From Paraspadella gotoi (Eukaryota > Animalia > Chaetognatha): a DNA stretch of 64,000 nt. This document shows positions 42,400 to 55,059 of this stretch, piece after piece. Location of the stretch: contig CM119268.1 in NCBI GenBank assembly GCA_051294375.1, positions 12,275,524 to 12,339,523 of the forward strand. The letters run 5' to 3'. The translations under genes and the position numbers were made by a program. Positions within the stretch are counted from its first letter, which is position 1; every line of letters starts with the position of its first letter. Under the pieces are notes generated by a model. It did not search any database and was not told the origin of the DNA. It was given only the letters and a program-made list of their open reading frames with translations.

Positions 42400-43600
42400 C
42401 TTATATCACTTTTTATCAACTCTTCCGACTCTTCACACCGGGAGTTACTCTCTCCCCCCAAGTTATTATATTCAAGCTTTCTCTTCACCACAGTTCACTC
42501 CTACCCAAACATCTCCTTCCTTCACCCCTAAATCTTCCGAGTTTACAAGCGCCAACAACCCATCTTACCCTCTCTCCCTTTCACCGTGATTACTCCTCCA
42601 CCCGCTTCCCCTTGGAAACAGCTCGTCAACAAGCGCCCAAGCACCCTGTTCCCTTCTTCCCGATCCCCTCAGCGCCCCCAATGCCAATTTCCGACGCGAA
42701 ATAAAGCGGAAGCCAAATAAAAAATCCATCGACCGCGTGAACGGAATTTAATTTTTTTTTTTCTCTCCCGACAAAACTTTTTTGGGAGGTGTGATCATCG
42801 TCTTTTTCGTCGTCTTCGTCGTCGAGTTCGTCGTCATCATCGTCTTCTTCGTCGTCGTCGTCTTCCAGAAAATTGAAGAGATGTTTTGTGGGCGGATTAT
42901 GAGAAAGAGGGGGGGGATAAATCAGCGTTAACGTTTGCGATGCTTCGCGAAAGGCTTCGCTTTTGTTACGGTGATGAATAGAGGGGCAAAAAATTAGGAT
43001 TACTGAAACAAATGGCAATAAAAAAGTGGGACAATAAAGATAAAGATTATACGTATCTATAGCAAAAGAAGCGGAAAAAAATAAAAAAAAGAACGAGATA
43101 AAAAAGAATTTAATATTTTTTTTTTAAATTGTATTCTTTTAGACACCAATATCCGTGAAAAAAAAATGAAAAGAAAAGTAACAATACAATAGACAAAAAT
43201 GAAAGGGAAAACCAAATTGGGACAGGGTTTCCGGATATTGATGGCAACAAACCCTCATCCAAAACCGGATGTAATAGAAAGAGTGAAATAAAAAAATACT
43301 CGCGTACATCCTGGTGTCAAATTTAGTGACATGGAAAAAAAAATAGGAGAGCCAAGTTACGGGAAAACCTGCCTAAGAATCTTTCGGAAAAGGTAAGTTA
43401 TTTCAACCGGCAAAAGAATCATAACTGCCCAACACGTTTCGTGTCAGTCAGATAAGATGCCCTTAGAAACTGTCGAATGATTAATTTGAATTCGGTCGTA
43501 GGTTAAAATAATTATTCACGTCACGAAAACGACGTCTTCAGCAATTCCTCCGTCAAACATTCACGCTTTTACTATTTCTTCGTATCCCTCTCGCTCAACC

Positions 43601-43621
43601 ATGGTCCATGCAATCAAGGAT
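43601..43621 (+). other. Candidate short first coding exon (MVHAIKD)
   Basis: CAACCATGG Kozak context, seven codons, then GTGAGT. No downstream exon was identified. Confidence 0.15.
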
Positions 43622-44214
43622 GTGAGTAAAGTTTCGATTTTCACGATTCACAACAAATTCGGGCGCCATCTCCGGCGTCTCTTTCGATTCGTTGTTGGCG
43701 CCGAGCGTCGTCGGCGGTGAATGCGACGCAGACGGTCGTCGTCGTCGTCGTTGTTGTTGTTGTTGTTGTTGTTGTTTGAGCTTGTTTCGCTTAGCGTTTT
43801 CAATTGCTTTATTTCAACAAAACTGCTCAATTTATTGCTCCTGCTATTCGACGAAGAGCCCCTGTCTAGCGTCCCAGAGAGTTGACTACAACTCAGACGG
43901 CTACTACTTGGTCTCGAACCCGAGACTTTCTCATCCACGAGTCCTGTTCGGAAGCCTCTGAGCCACGAAGGAGGTTGAGAAGATTTCCCTCCGTCACTTT
44001 GTAAAAGGAAAACAGGGGTGAAGTCGAAGCGACGGAGGAAGGCTCACGAGGGAAGCGGGAGAAGTGGAATCTGATCAAAGGATTTTCTGTGTACATAAGA
44101 CGAAGGATGGAATAGCATCCGAGCACAGTAGAGAGAAGAAAAAGTTGGCGTGGGGGTGGCAGAATTCAAGGATGGGGGTCAATCTGAGTGTGGGGCGATG
44201 GATGTGATGTAAAT

Positions 44215-44390
44215 CCGGACGTGGGGTTTTAGAATCCTGAAGCGGGGTGGAGAAATCCGAGTGCGAGTTGTGGAATCTGTGGTGTGGGGTGGTGGAATTT
44301 GCGGCGAGGGGTTGTGGAATATAAGTAAAGGAGTGGTGGAATTTGCGGCGAGGGATGGTGGAATCCGAGATGTGGGAGGGGTGGAACCGA
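44215..44390 (+). repeat. G-rich ~44-bp degenerate tandem repeat
   Basis: GTGGTGGAATTTGCGGCGAGGG occurs twice (~44289, ~44333), with related GTGGAAT and ATCCGAG motifs around it. Confidence 0.7.
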
Positions 44391-45496
44391 AAGGATAAAA
44401 ATCTTCTACGCTCTTCGGTTGTTGAATGTGGGAAACCATCTGTCACGGAAAAACCGCGGGAAAAGGAAATGTATATCGCCAGCGAGAAGAACCGGTTCTC
44501 CCGGGTTCTCCCGATTCTCTCGGTTCTCTCGGTCCAATGGGGAAATAACCTGGAAACTCTGGCGGCTCAGGAGAGCGGGAGAGAAAGGGGAGAAGAAAAT
44601 CGGGACGAGGTGAAATAAAGCGGATTGGGTGAGAGAGCGAGTTAAGGAAGATCGGAAGGAGAAGCTGATTGGAAACTGGGTGAGTTTAGCAAAGGGGAAA
44701 GAAAGGAAGGCGGCTGTGGCGGCGGCGGTGGCGGTGGCGGCGGCGGCAGTAGCGGCGGCGATGGCGGCGGCAGCCTCGTTTCCTCGACGCAATTCTTTCA
44801 AAACGTCTGCAGATTTACCATTTTTTTCTCAGCCCGCTGTTTTCTCCGCTTTTTTTCCACCCTCTTCTCCGCCCGAAGTAACTCCGACGCCCGTTGCCCC
44901 TTACCTCTCTCCCAATCCCTTCATTCCTTACCTCCTTCACCACTATTTACCGCTTTACCTCTATTTACCTACTTTACTTGCCCTACACGTTCTCGTTTTC
45001 CTACTATCTTCTCGGATCTTCCTCCTTTCTTCTCCTTTCTTCTTCTCCTAATTTCGTTCGTCTCTCTCGTTAGGTGCTTCGATTTCCCTTCTCTCACTCC
45101 CCCATCTTTTCCCTCTACCTCCCCACCCCCTCTCCCCCTCTCTCCCTCCCTTCCACCCTCCCTTTTTCCTCCCATCCCAACGGTTTCCGCCGCCTTTATT
45201 CCAAAAACTAATAAATCCTGTCGGCGAGTGGCTGTCGTCCACAGCCGCCCAGGCATTGCACATAACTCCGTACAACCTAATTCTCAGCCAAATCCTCGCC
45301 CATAACTCCGCCGTTGGGCTCGGCGGCCATTTTCTAGACCCGAAGCGTCGGGCCAATCTCGGTCGAGCCTCTTGTCGGCGAAGGAGGGGGGGTTTTCTTC
45401 ATCGTCGACGCTGATTCGATTTTGAGGATCGATTGTCTGAAGATAAAAAAATATTTATTATTGGACATACAAATTGAAAAATAAAATTGAACCTTA

Positions 45497-45635
45497 TGCA
45501 GGGACCTGCTATGTTATTATCTTGTAAGAGTGATGGAGGCCTTAAACCACCAAAACTTGTCCAAAGTCAGGGGAAAGATAGCTTATGTATTAAATAAATA
45601 GATAATTTTTATATTGGTTGTACTACAAATTTCAT
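45497..45635 (-). repeat. Dispersed repeat, inverted partial copy of ~20938-21072 (and ~11805-11941)
   Basis: TGCAGGGACCTGCTATGTTATTATCTTGTAAGAGTGATGGAGGCCTTAAACCACCAAA is the reverse complement, with substitutions, of TTTGGTGGTTTAAGGCCTCCATCACTCTTACAAGATAATGACATAGCAGGTCCCTGCA. Confidence 0.9.
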
Positions 45636-45772
45636 ATAGTTGTAGTTGAAGTATCAAACACAATTTTTCTCTTCAGTAGCTTAAAATAAATACACTTTAA
45701 AATTATCAAAGAGGAATGAAGAAACTATGTATAATGTTTTAATACCCTCTTTCTCTATCTCTCACTCTCTCT

Positions 45773-45827
<55 letters not shown>

Positions 45828-46011
45828 ATCTTGTCTTTTCTCTCGTCTTCCTGAATCCTTTCGCATTATTCTTTTGTCCTTCGGAATATTTCTCTGTAAT
45901 ATTTTCATTGTCTCCATTTCCTTACGAGGCCCCAATTCCCTTCTTTTGTTTCTCATCTCTTTCTCATCTCTATCTCTCACAGTTCGGCTAGAGCGACTTG
46001 TCTCTTCTCTT

Positions 46012-46049
<38 letters not shown>

Positions 46050-46600
46050 TCTCTCTCTCTTTCTCTCTCTCTCTCCTCTCCCCCTCTCCTCCCATTCTTT
46101 GACGTCCCTCAATCTTCAACGTTCCTGCTCCTTATTTTATTTTATTTCCTCGTCTCCCTTCAGGTCTTTCATTTCCTTTCCTCCTTCTTTTTTTTCCTCC
46201 TCTTTGCTCCTCTTCGTCTTCCTCTTTTCCTCCCACCACGTTCGCCAGCCTTGATTAGGGATGCGGCAACCGAGGTAATTATGACGTATGCCTCGAATCC
46301 ATTCCATTGGACGGCCAGCCGTGATCCGTGTATATTTCCGAGATCCATCACTCAGTTTTGATTGATTAAAAAAAGTGGGAAGAAAAGAATGAGTTTGAAC
46401 GGGGGACTAATTTTCAACTGTCAATTCATAGATAAGCAATCTAGGTATACAGGGTTTAAAGAACTATATTGAGGGAGAAACTTTATTGAAAACTTTGGAA
46501 TTGGCTCTGTTATTTTCTTGTAAAAGGCATAGGAGGAGACAATAGATTTAAATTTCATAAATAATTTTCAATCCGGTTAAATGAGTACAATTCTGAGAAC

Positions 46601-46653
<53 letters not shown>

Positions 46654-47594
46654 ACTCTCACTCTCTCTCTATCTTTCCCTCCCTCCCTCTTTTGTGGTTC
46701 AAAGTGACAATTCAACGAAGGGGCGAGAATGAGACCCTGGAGCTTCGACCTCTGAACTCGGGGAGTAGAGGAGGGGGGAAGGAGGAAGAGGAAGAAGAAA
46801 AGAAAGAAAAAGCGAAGGACGGAGGAAGCGAGAAAAGGAGGAAATAGGAGCGGCGAGGAAAGAGGAGCGGAAAGAAAAATATGGTTGATATAAAACGCTA
46901 AAAAAAGGGAGATGTATTTTAGTATGTAAGTTTGAAATAAAGAAAAAACGCAAAAGAAAAGAAAGTTTAAAAAAAAATAGAGGAAGGAAGGAGGAAAGAA
47001 AAAAAAGGAAGATAGAGAACGTGTGATAAGGTCAGGGATGTGATGATTATGGGAAGGAAGGGAAGAAATAGTGGCTAGAATCTGTCATGAGAAATAAATC
47101 TGTCAGAAACTCGGAACATTACATATGTTCCATGTCTGTTCATCGCCGCGAAAATATGTTAAACGAGAGCGGCTTGGTTTTCCCTTCCTTTAAGGGTTGG
47201 CAAAGTCAACTCGCACAGTTTCCAGCATTTTATTATTTGTCATTTTCCACGATGGCCGATTTACATAATTCCCTCTTTTCTTTTGTTGATTATAGATTTT
47301 CCTCTGTTCATCATTACTTTAGATAAAACACGTATTATNNNNNNNNNNNNNNNNNNNNNNNNNNNNNNNNNNNNNNNNNNNNNNNNNNNNNNNNNNNNNN
47401 NNNNNNNNNNNNNNNNNNNNNNNNNNNNNNNNNNNNNNNNNNNNNNNNNNNNNNNNNNNNNNNNNNNNNNNNNNNNNNNNNNNNNNNNNNNNNNNNNNNN
47501 NNNNNCTTATTCAATGTCGTGACGCTGGAGGAGAGGAGAGGAGAGGAGAGAGAGAGGAGAGATAGAGAGAGAAGAGAGAGAGAGAACAAGAAGA

Positions 47595-48625
47595 GAGAGA
47601 GAGAGTTGGGGTTTTTTTTTTCCTTCAAATTGGATGAGAAGGAGATTAAGAAGATTATATCCATTTTCTTCTCAACAACGAACCCAGATATTTTCCATTC
47701 TCTCTCAGGGACCGAGAAATCGGTTGGGGGGGTTGAGAAGGGCCTTCCCCTTCGATTTGGCCGGAGGCAAAGACAGGGTAAGGGAATAAATGTCCATTGT
47801 CCAAGTGGGTTAAGTTTTAACTCGAAGATGGGGCATTTATGATGTAGTATTGTTGATGCTCGGAAATCGACAAGTCTCCTTAATCACTTGGCCTGTTGTT
47901 TGACATTTTAAAAATAACTATTCATTAATATGACCCAAAATTTTTTTTTTTCATAAATAAATAATCACTGATTTACTATTCGAATTTTAATATTCAACTT
48001 TAACAACACCTTATTCCATAATCGCGTCTGCCGTTTCCAGGCAACGCACCGTGTCGGAAACGACTTCGTCGCCGCGGAGTCACGTGTCAATACTGAAGTG
48101 AGTGAAAGGCGGCGTCGACGCCCGCGTGAAGTTCACTGTGGCGGGTCGCTACGAACTCGAAATTGGTGACCGGAAGAGAGACACTGTGAGGGAAAATGGA
48201 CGAGTTTTTCCGCGACTTCTATTTTTCTCAGAGAGAGTGGGTGGTAACATCGTTTTCGTCGTCGTCGTCTCCTGGGTCATCGTCGTCATGCTACTGTCAC
48301 AATCGCGGGCGCCGTCACCGTCACCAACGAAGGCGCAACGATGCGTTGACGCGAATTCGTGATTAATATCTTTTAATCAAGACGGATTCGTTTAGTCGGG
48401 AGAGAGAAATGAGAAGAGAGAGAGGGTGGATGGAAACGACCGAAGCGATGAAGACGTTGGAATCCGTGGAATCGGTGGAACCGGGGCGAGGGCGATGGAG
48501 AACGATGTAAACAAACTAAGCGAAGCAAAGATTTGACGAATCGGCAAACAACTCCTTACCAACTTACCCAGACGAGTTAACTCACCCTTGTAAACTCGGT
48601 GTGAGAGAAAAGAGGAGAGAGAGTC

Positions 48626-48678
<53 letters not shown>

Positions 48679-50510
48679 GAGAGAAGAGAGAGAGAGAGAG
48701 AGAGAGATTCCAATTACACATTACTTCTCTCCCACATCTTACACACAGCCAAAAAACTTTTTTATTAAAACGTAGACGCAAAAAGCATACAAAATTGTTA
48801 AATATTCTTTTAAGTATACTGAAGTCTGTAATTTGAAAATTATTTTTTCCAATTACACAAATAGTGAACTTTAGATATAAAATACGAAGCTAACGAAAAA
48901 TTAAATTGAAAACTTCCGCTAACACCTACGCTTTGGTATAATAGTTAAAATTATCCTAAGTATGGCTAAAAGTGAAAAAAAAAAACTTTTTACACGATTT
49001 TCTTTTTAAAGCTTCTTTGAATATTTTCTTTTCATTCAAACTATAATTTTGGTATTGTCAAGTTCCTCTCCCTCCAGCGTCAATATCGCTGTATGGTGAT
49101 GGGCGCGTGGAGGGGGCGGCAAGGCGATAGGTAGCGTAGTAGATACTTGCGCAATAACAAAATTATAGTGAATGAAAGAAAATATTTCAAAGAATGCTTT
49201 AAATAAGAAATCGGGTAAAAAAGTGTTTTTCATAGCCATACTAGTGATAATTTTAACTATTATACCAAAGCGTATGGTGTTAGCTAGATTCAATTTAATT
49301 TTCGTAGCCGAAATTAAAGTTACTATTTGTGTAATTGGAAAAATTAATTTCAAATACAGATCTTCAGTATACTTAAAAGAATATTAAAAACAATTTTGTA
49401 TGCTTTTTGCGTCTACGTTTTAATAAAAAAGTTTTTTGGCTGTGTGTAAGATGTGGGAGAGAAGTAATGTGTAATTGGAATCTCTCTCTCTCTCTCTCTC
49501 TCTTCTCTCCTCTCTCTCTCTCTCTCCTCTCTCGTCTCTCTCTCTCTCTCTCCTCTCTCTCTCTTCTACTCTCTCTCCTCTTTCTCTCACACCGAGTTTT
49601 ACAAGGGGTAGTTACTCGTCTGGTAAGTTCGGAAGAAGTTGTTTGCCCGATTCGCAAATCTTTGCTTCGCTTAGTTTGTTTACATCGTTCTCCATCGCCC
49701 TGCCCGTTCCACCGGTCCACGGACTCTATATCCTGCTCTCTTCATCGCTTCTCGGCGTTTCCATCCACCCTCTCTCTCTTCTCATTTCTTCTCTCCCGGA
49801 CTAACGAATCTCTCTTGATTAAAAGATATTAATCACGAATCGCGTCAACGCATCGTTGCGCCTTCGTTGGTGAGGGTGACGGTTCGCCGCGATTTGCTGA
49901 CAGTAGCGAGACGACGGACCCAGGAGACGACGACGACGAAACCGATGTTTACCACCCACTCTCTTCTGAGAAAATAGAAGTCGAAAAACTCGTCCATTTT
50001 TCCTCAACAGTGTCTCTCTTCCGTCACCAATTTCGAGTTTCGTAGGAACCCGCCACAGTGCAACTTCACGCGGGCGTCGACGCCGCCTTTCACTCACTTC
50101 AGTATTGACACGTGACTCCGCGCGCGACGAATTCGTTTCGAACGGTTGCGTTGCTGTGAAACGCAGACGCGAAGGGAATAAGGGTTGTTAAAGTTGTTAA
50201 AATGTCAAACAACAGGCCAAGTGATTAAGGAGACTTGTCGATTTCCGAGCACACAAACTACAATAGCCCCATCATGTTAAAACTTAACCCACTTCGGACA
50301 ATGGACATTTATTCCCTTACCCCCTTGTCTTGCCTCCCGGCAAATCGAAGGGGAAGGCCCTTCTCAACCCCCCCAACGATTTCTCGGTCCCTTGAGAGAG
50401 AATGGAAAATATCTGGGTTCGTGTGAGTATATGAATAATGGAAAATCTTCTTATCTCCTCTCATCCAATTGAAGGAAAAAAAAAAACCCAAGGCAACTCC
50501 GTACTCTCTC
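47595..50510. repeat. ~2.9-kb quasi-palindrome (arms ~47595-49063 and ~49145-50510)
   Basis: ORFs 48392..48781(-) and 49407..49832(+) both start MRLRFNKKVFWLCVRCGREVMCNWN. The arms match in reverse complement throughout, the spacer is at most ~80 bp, and the right arm ends at a 25-N gap. Confidence 0.95.
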
Positions 50511-50754
50511 NNNNNNNNNNNNNNNNNNNNNNNNNGAAAATGAATCTGGATGGAACCGGAAGCCAAGAAACGGGCGCAACCCGACGCCGCTGCGCGCGGC
50601 GCCGCCTGTCGAACGACGAGACGGCAGAACTCGGTGAATTATTGTAAATTGGCGAAGGTGGAAGTCGCGCGAGGCGGTCGCAGCCCGTTCCGCCGTTGGC
50701 TTCGTTTATAGCTCTATAGAGAAGAACTGAAGACGGTGGCGGGGAAACGATGAG

Positions 50755-50791
<37 letters not shown>

Positions 50792-50818
50792 AAGCCGCCA
50801 CCGCCGCCGCCGAAGCCG
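50755..50818 (+). repeat. (GCC)n trinucleotide repeat
   Basis: Directly visible. A related (GCG/GTG)n tract is at ~44710-44772. Confidence 0.95.
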
Positions 50819-50999
50819 TCCACGCAAATGGAAGAAATGTAGCCGTCGTTTTGTGGTTGTCCTCCCCCAATGCATAATCACCATTCGTCTCGTCGAGGTT
50901 GTTGTTGTCGTTGTTATTGTCGTTGTCGTTTCTTCAGACGAAACAAGTTTTTTAAAAAATATGTTTGCCCCCCTTCCAGGACCCCCACCTTTTCCCGTC

Positions 51000-51150
51000 G
51001 TATATACCTTTACATACCTTTAGACGATCTTGAACATTTAGGGTCGAGGACACAACGTCAAACCTTCCAACTCAAACCCCGCATCCCCAGGATCGAACCC
51101 TGGACGTCTTCGGCCACGGGACGTCGCTTTATTCGCGACCGACTAGTTCG
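51000..51150 (-). mobile_element. Possible tRNA-derived SINE relic
   Basis: The minus strand has a B-box-like GGTTCGATCC inside the hairpin CCAGG-GTTCGAT-CCTGG (51087-51103), a weak A-box-like TAGTCGG upstream, GTTGTGTCCT downstream and a short TAAAGGTAT x2 tail. There is no full cloverleaf. Confidence 0.35.
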
Positions 51151-52720
51151 TTATAACGTGACGTGGAAAGGGAGATTAGAAAAGTTGTTCTCGCTGTCGT
51201 CGTCGTCGTTGCTCCCAGGACGAAGGCAATTGTCATGTCGAACGAAGGGGCGCGAGTTGTTACACCGTCGTCGTCGTCGTTCGTATTTGCTTCGGTGAAT
51301 GGCCCTCCTACTTTGCTTCACGGGGCAGAGATCCTTCACCGCCAACGACGACGTCATATTTTCTTTCACCGCCCAAGACAAAGACTCCGTTGGAGAGAAA
51401 GTGAAGTTCTTACTACTCGGTACTCACGGCGCTAATAGCGAAAATGACGACCGAGATGAATAAGACTGAAGACAACAACGACGATTACGACGACAACGAT
51501 GACCAGGGCGACGATCCCGACGTCGATGATCACACAGGCGTTTAATCTAATTGGTCAAGAATCTCATTTGCATTTCAGTTACGGTCTTGAACAATGAACA
51601 ATTGAACATGTTTGAGGTTTTAAAAAAAAATAAAACATTCGTGTAGTCGTTAATTTTCGCCATTAACCAANNNNNNNNNNTTTTTTTTTCGAAAGCCAAT
51701 AAGTAACAGTATTTAGCTATATATTTACATCTTTTGTCTTTTCCGGTCGGTCGGTCTTCCCCTCTCCGTAACATGTTGCGATTCTGGAGAGCCGTTGACG
51801 AGAGCAGATGCAAATCGAGTCATTCTCCTCCATTCGTAGCGAAATGGAACATCGTTACTCGGCCTTGGTCGGGTGGCGTTGAAAAAGCGGCTCGTTGATT
51901 GGAGGATCTCGAGTGGCGGCAAAATTTGAATTAGAAAACTGAAGCGATTGGCGAAAAGGGGGAGCCAATCAACGGAGAGGAATACAATTATCGGGCACGG
52001 AGGCGATTTAAATGACATGGGTTTACGAATAATAGCTCCAGCTATGAAATCATGCATTCTATTCGTTCACTTACTTTGGACTTTGGTTAAGTCTTCCATT
52101 TATCTTACAAAATCATGAAAGCTTTCAGTCAATTTAATAATAACTACACTCATTTTACAACAAATAGATGGTCGATTGTTTCATTCGGCCAATATAAAAC
52201 ATAGCTCAGCGAGTTGTTTAAGCCTGTATGTTCTCCTTGGTCGGAAGTATTCTTCCATTTAAAAAAATTTTCGTCAAACGTCAAACCGGCCATCTTCAAG
52301 AAACAAGCAAACATTTACACGTAGAACAAATAAAAATCGTAAATAAAAAAAAGATAACAACGTTTATCTAAAAACCCACTGACGGTCGTACAGTCGAAAA
52401 ACAAAAGAGACCAAAAATGGTGATAGACGGAAGACATCGAGACAGACATAAAGACGCCCTTTTTGTGATAGGAGGACATTCCACCATGGGGCGACGAGAC
52501 GCCGAATTCGCGTCTGCGTCCGCGTTTGTTTACCGCCTCGTCGTCGTCGTCGTCGACGACGGCTTGTCGTCATCTTCTTCAGAAATCCTTTGTGAGTAAA
52601 GGTCGAGCAAAAGGTCGTCGCCTTCCCGAATTTTTTTCATAAGCTACTTTTTCCTCTCCCCCTCGTGCCTCGCAGTCTGTTTTCCTCTCTCTCTCTCTCT
52701 CCCCTTCTCTCTCTCTCTCA

Positions 52721-52752
<32 letters not shown>

Positions 52753-53093
52753 ACTCATCTCTCTCTCTCTCTCCCTCATCAAATCTCAACCCAAGTTTGG
52801 TCCCCGCACAATTCATGTTTTTTTTTTCCTTCTCTTTGACCCTAACGCCTATCTCTCTGTCCTCTCTATCCTATGCTCTGCCTCTCCCTCGATTCATCTC
52901 CCCTCCGAGAAACTCCCTTCAAATTCCCCCCCTTTTTTTTTTCCGTAAGGGGGAGGCCTTTTTTTCCGTCTGCTCTTTCCTCTCATTCTCCCGTTTCTCC
53001 CCTGGATTTCCTAACGTTTTATTAAAATCCTCCTCCTTAGGCTTAACTTCATTTTTGTTTTTTCATCCCCGCCCCTTTTCCTCCTTCCCATAT

Positions 53094-53340
53094 AATTCGC
53101 CTATAGTTGGATGCTCATTTGTTAAGACAGGAAAATACCTCGAATCTAAGGGACTGCTAGCGCCGCCTTCAGGAAATCCTAAAACTATAAGGAAAAAAAG
53201 ACTCAATGCAGTGCATGTCATAAATACATGGGCTAAGAAAGTTTTTTACTCATGTCATGTCATGTCATATCATGTGATCAAAGAGAAATACACGTGAAAA
53301 TAAAGTCACTGCGGCGCAACACATTGGAATCACCATTCTA
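53094..53340 (+). repeat. ~245-bp direct repeat, copy 1 (partner 53898-54134)
   Basis: Shared AATTCGCCTATAGTTGG, GACTGCTAGCGCCG, AGGAAATCCTAAAACTATAAGGA, GTGCATGTCATAAATACATGGGCTAAGAAAGTTTT and GAAAATAAAGTCACTGCGGCGCAACACATTGGAAT. Confidence 0.92.
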
Positions 53341-53897
53341 GTTTTTTTTTTCCGTTTCGCCTCAAAACACCAACCTTTATTTTCTTTTTTGTTTCTCCTT
53401 AATGCTTCCTTTCCATTTGCGCGGTTGCGCCTCCTTCTGGCCGAGCCCATCGCAACACAAAACGCGCATCTTGGTCACCATCAATCAAGCGTGAGACGCT
53501 CATCCATCAGACCTTTCTTTCCCCCACTTTGTCCTTCACATCTCCCCCCCCCATTCGGCCACCTAAGCCGCGATGCCACCTCGTTGCCTCCACTCTAACC
53601 GTCATCTCGTCAATTCCGTTTGATCTCCCTCTTTAAAATCCTCTTGCTTCGGCGGCGAGAATTCTGGAGGCGTGGTCGTAGCGCCTCACGTGTTACGTCG
53701 CACTTTCATCCTGTTTCTTAACTCTCATCTTATTTTTTTTTTATGTTGTGAATTTGCGAGAACAAATCTGCAGGTTTTTTTTCATTGGCGCCGCGAGTAC
53801 TCTCGGAGCAACTCAATAAGTCACTTTTTGGTCGGTCTGTCGGTCGGTTGATACCTTTGTCCATTGGTCTGTCTCACTTTCATTAAAAAATGTATAC

Positions 53898-54134
53898 AAT
53901 TCGCCTATAGTTGGTTGCTCATTAGTTAAGGCAATAAAAAAAAATCAAATCTAAGTGACTGCTAGCGCCGTCATTAGGAAATCCTAAAACTATAAGGAGT
54001 AAAATACGGAATTTTGATGGAGTGCATGTCATAAATACATGGGCTAAGAAAGTTTTCTAGTCATATCATGTCATGTCATATCATACACATGAAAATAAAG
54101 TCACTGCGGCGCAACACATTGGAATTACCGTTCT
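53898..54134 (+). repeat. ~240-bp direct repeat, copy 2
   Basis: Matches 53094-53340, differing by substitutions and block indels. Confidence 0.92.
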
Positions 54135-54464
54135 TGTTTTTATAATCGTTTTACGAAATCAAGNNNNNNNNNNAATTACAAAGTACAAGTACAAGAACAA
54201 AGTTACAAATTTACAACATAAAACACTCGTAACGGTCAATAGCAGGAAATTGTCAATCATGTTAACGAAAAACCCCGAGATCGAATCCCGACCGACGCCC
54301 ATCGAATTCCGGCTTCAGACATCCAATTTCCTTTCCAAATCGCGGACGTTGGATGTCGTTCGAATCTTTTGATGTCGTCAACGATAAAAAAAAAAGATGC
54401 GGAAAAGTCAAGAAGGAAAAGAGAGAGAGAGAAAGTAACTGTCTGTCTCTCTCTCTCTCTCTTT

Positions 54465-54529
<65 letters not shown>

Positions 54530-55059
54530 CTTCTTGTCTTCTTGATCTTGCGGGTTGTCGCGTTCGGCATCTCTTCTCACTTATTTTTCTGACATTTCAT
54601 CGCCTTTCGCTTTTCTATTTATGTTTTTTGAACGAGTTCGATCCCTGAGGAAAGCGGATTCTAATGGAGGACGAAGGAGGGGGGTCGGTGGGATTTCCTT
54701 CCCCCCGCTCCCCCTAAATCGGCGGGAAAGAAGGGAGAAAATAACGTCGACGAACGCCGTTTACCTTTTTTTTTTTAAGTTCTCTCTTTTTTTTCTTCTG
54801 TATTCGAGTTTGGCGCGCGTGCTCGCGGTTTTCTTTCAGAATCTGTTTCCCTTCAAGTGGTTTTCCTGCGGTGACGGGGTTTTGTTAACAAAAGAACAAA
54901 TCTTGTTTGCGACGTGAGGCAAAATGACGACGAGGACGACGACGAAGGCGCCGAAAGCGCCGAAGACGAAACGACGATAACGACGACGACGACAACGACG
55001 TAGAATGAAGAGAACAAAGAATTCGACGACTCAGACGACGACAGAGTAGGCAACGAAGA

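Noticed and set aside
49064-49144. Sequencing adapter at the palindrome centre
   Set aside because: No match to the SMRTbell hairpin adapter as I recall it.
50461-50823. Poly-Gly/poly-Ala ORF suggesting a transcription factor (also 44629-45051)
   Set aside because: Explained by (GCC)n repeats; I found no homeobox or other DNA-binding motif.
51725-52057. 110-aa non-repetitive minus-strand ORF
   Set aside because: No recognisable motif or splice context; this length can occur by chance in 64 kb.
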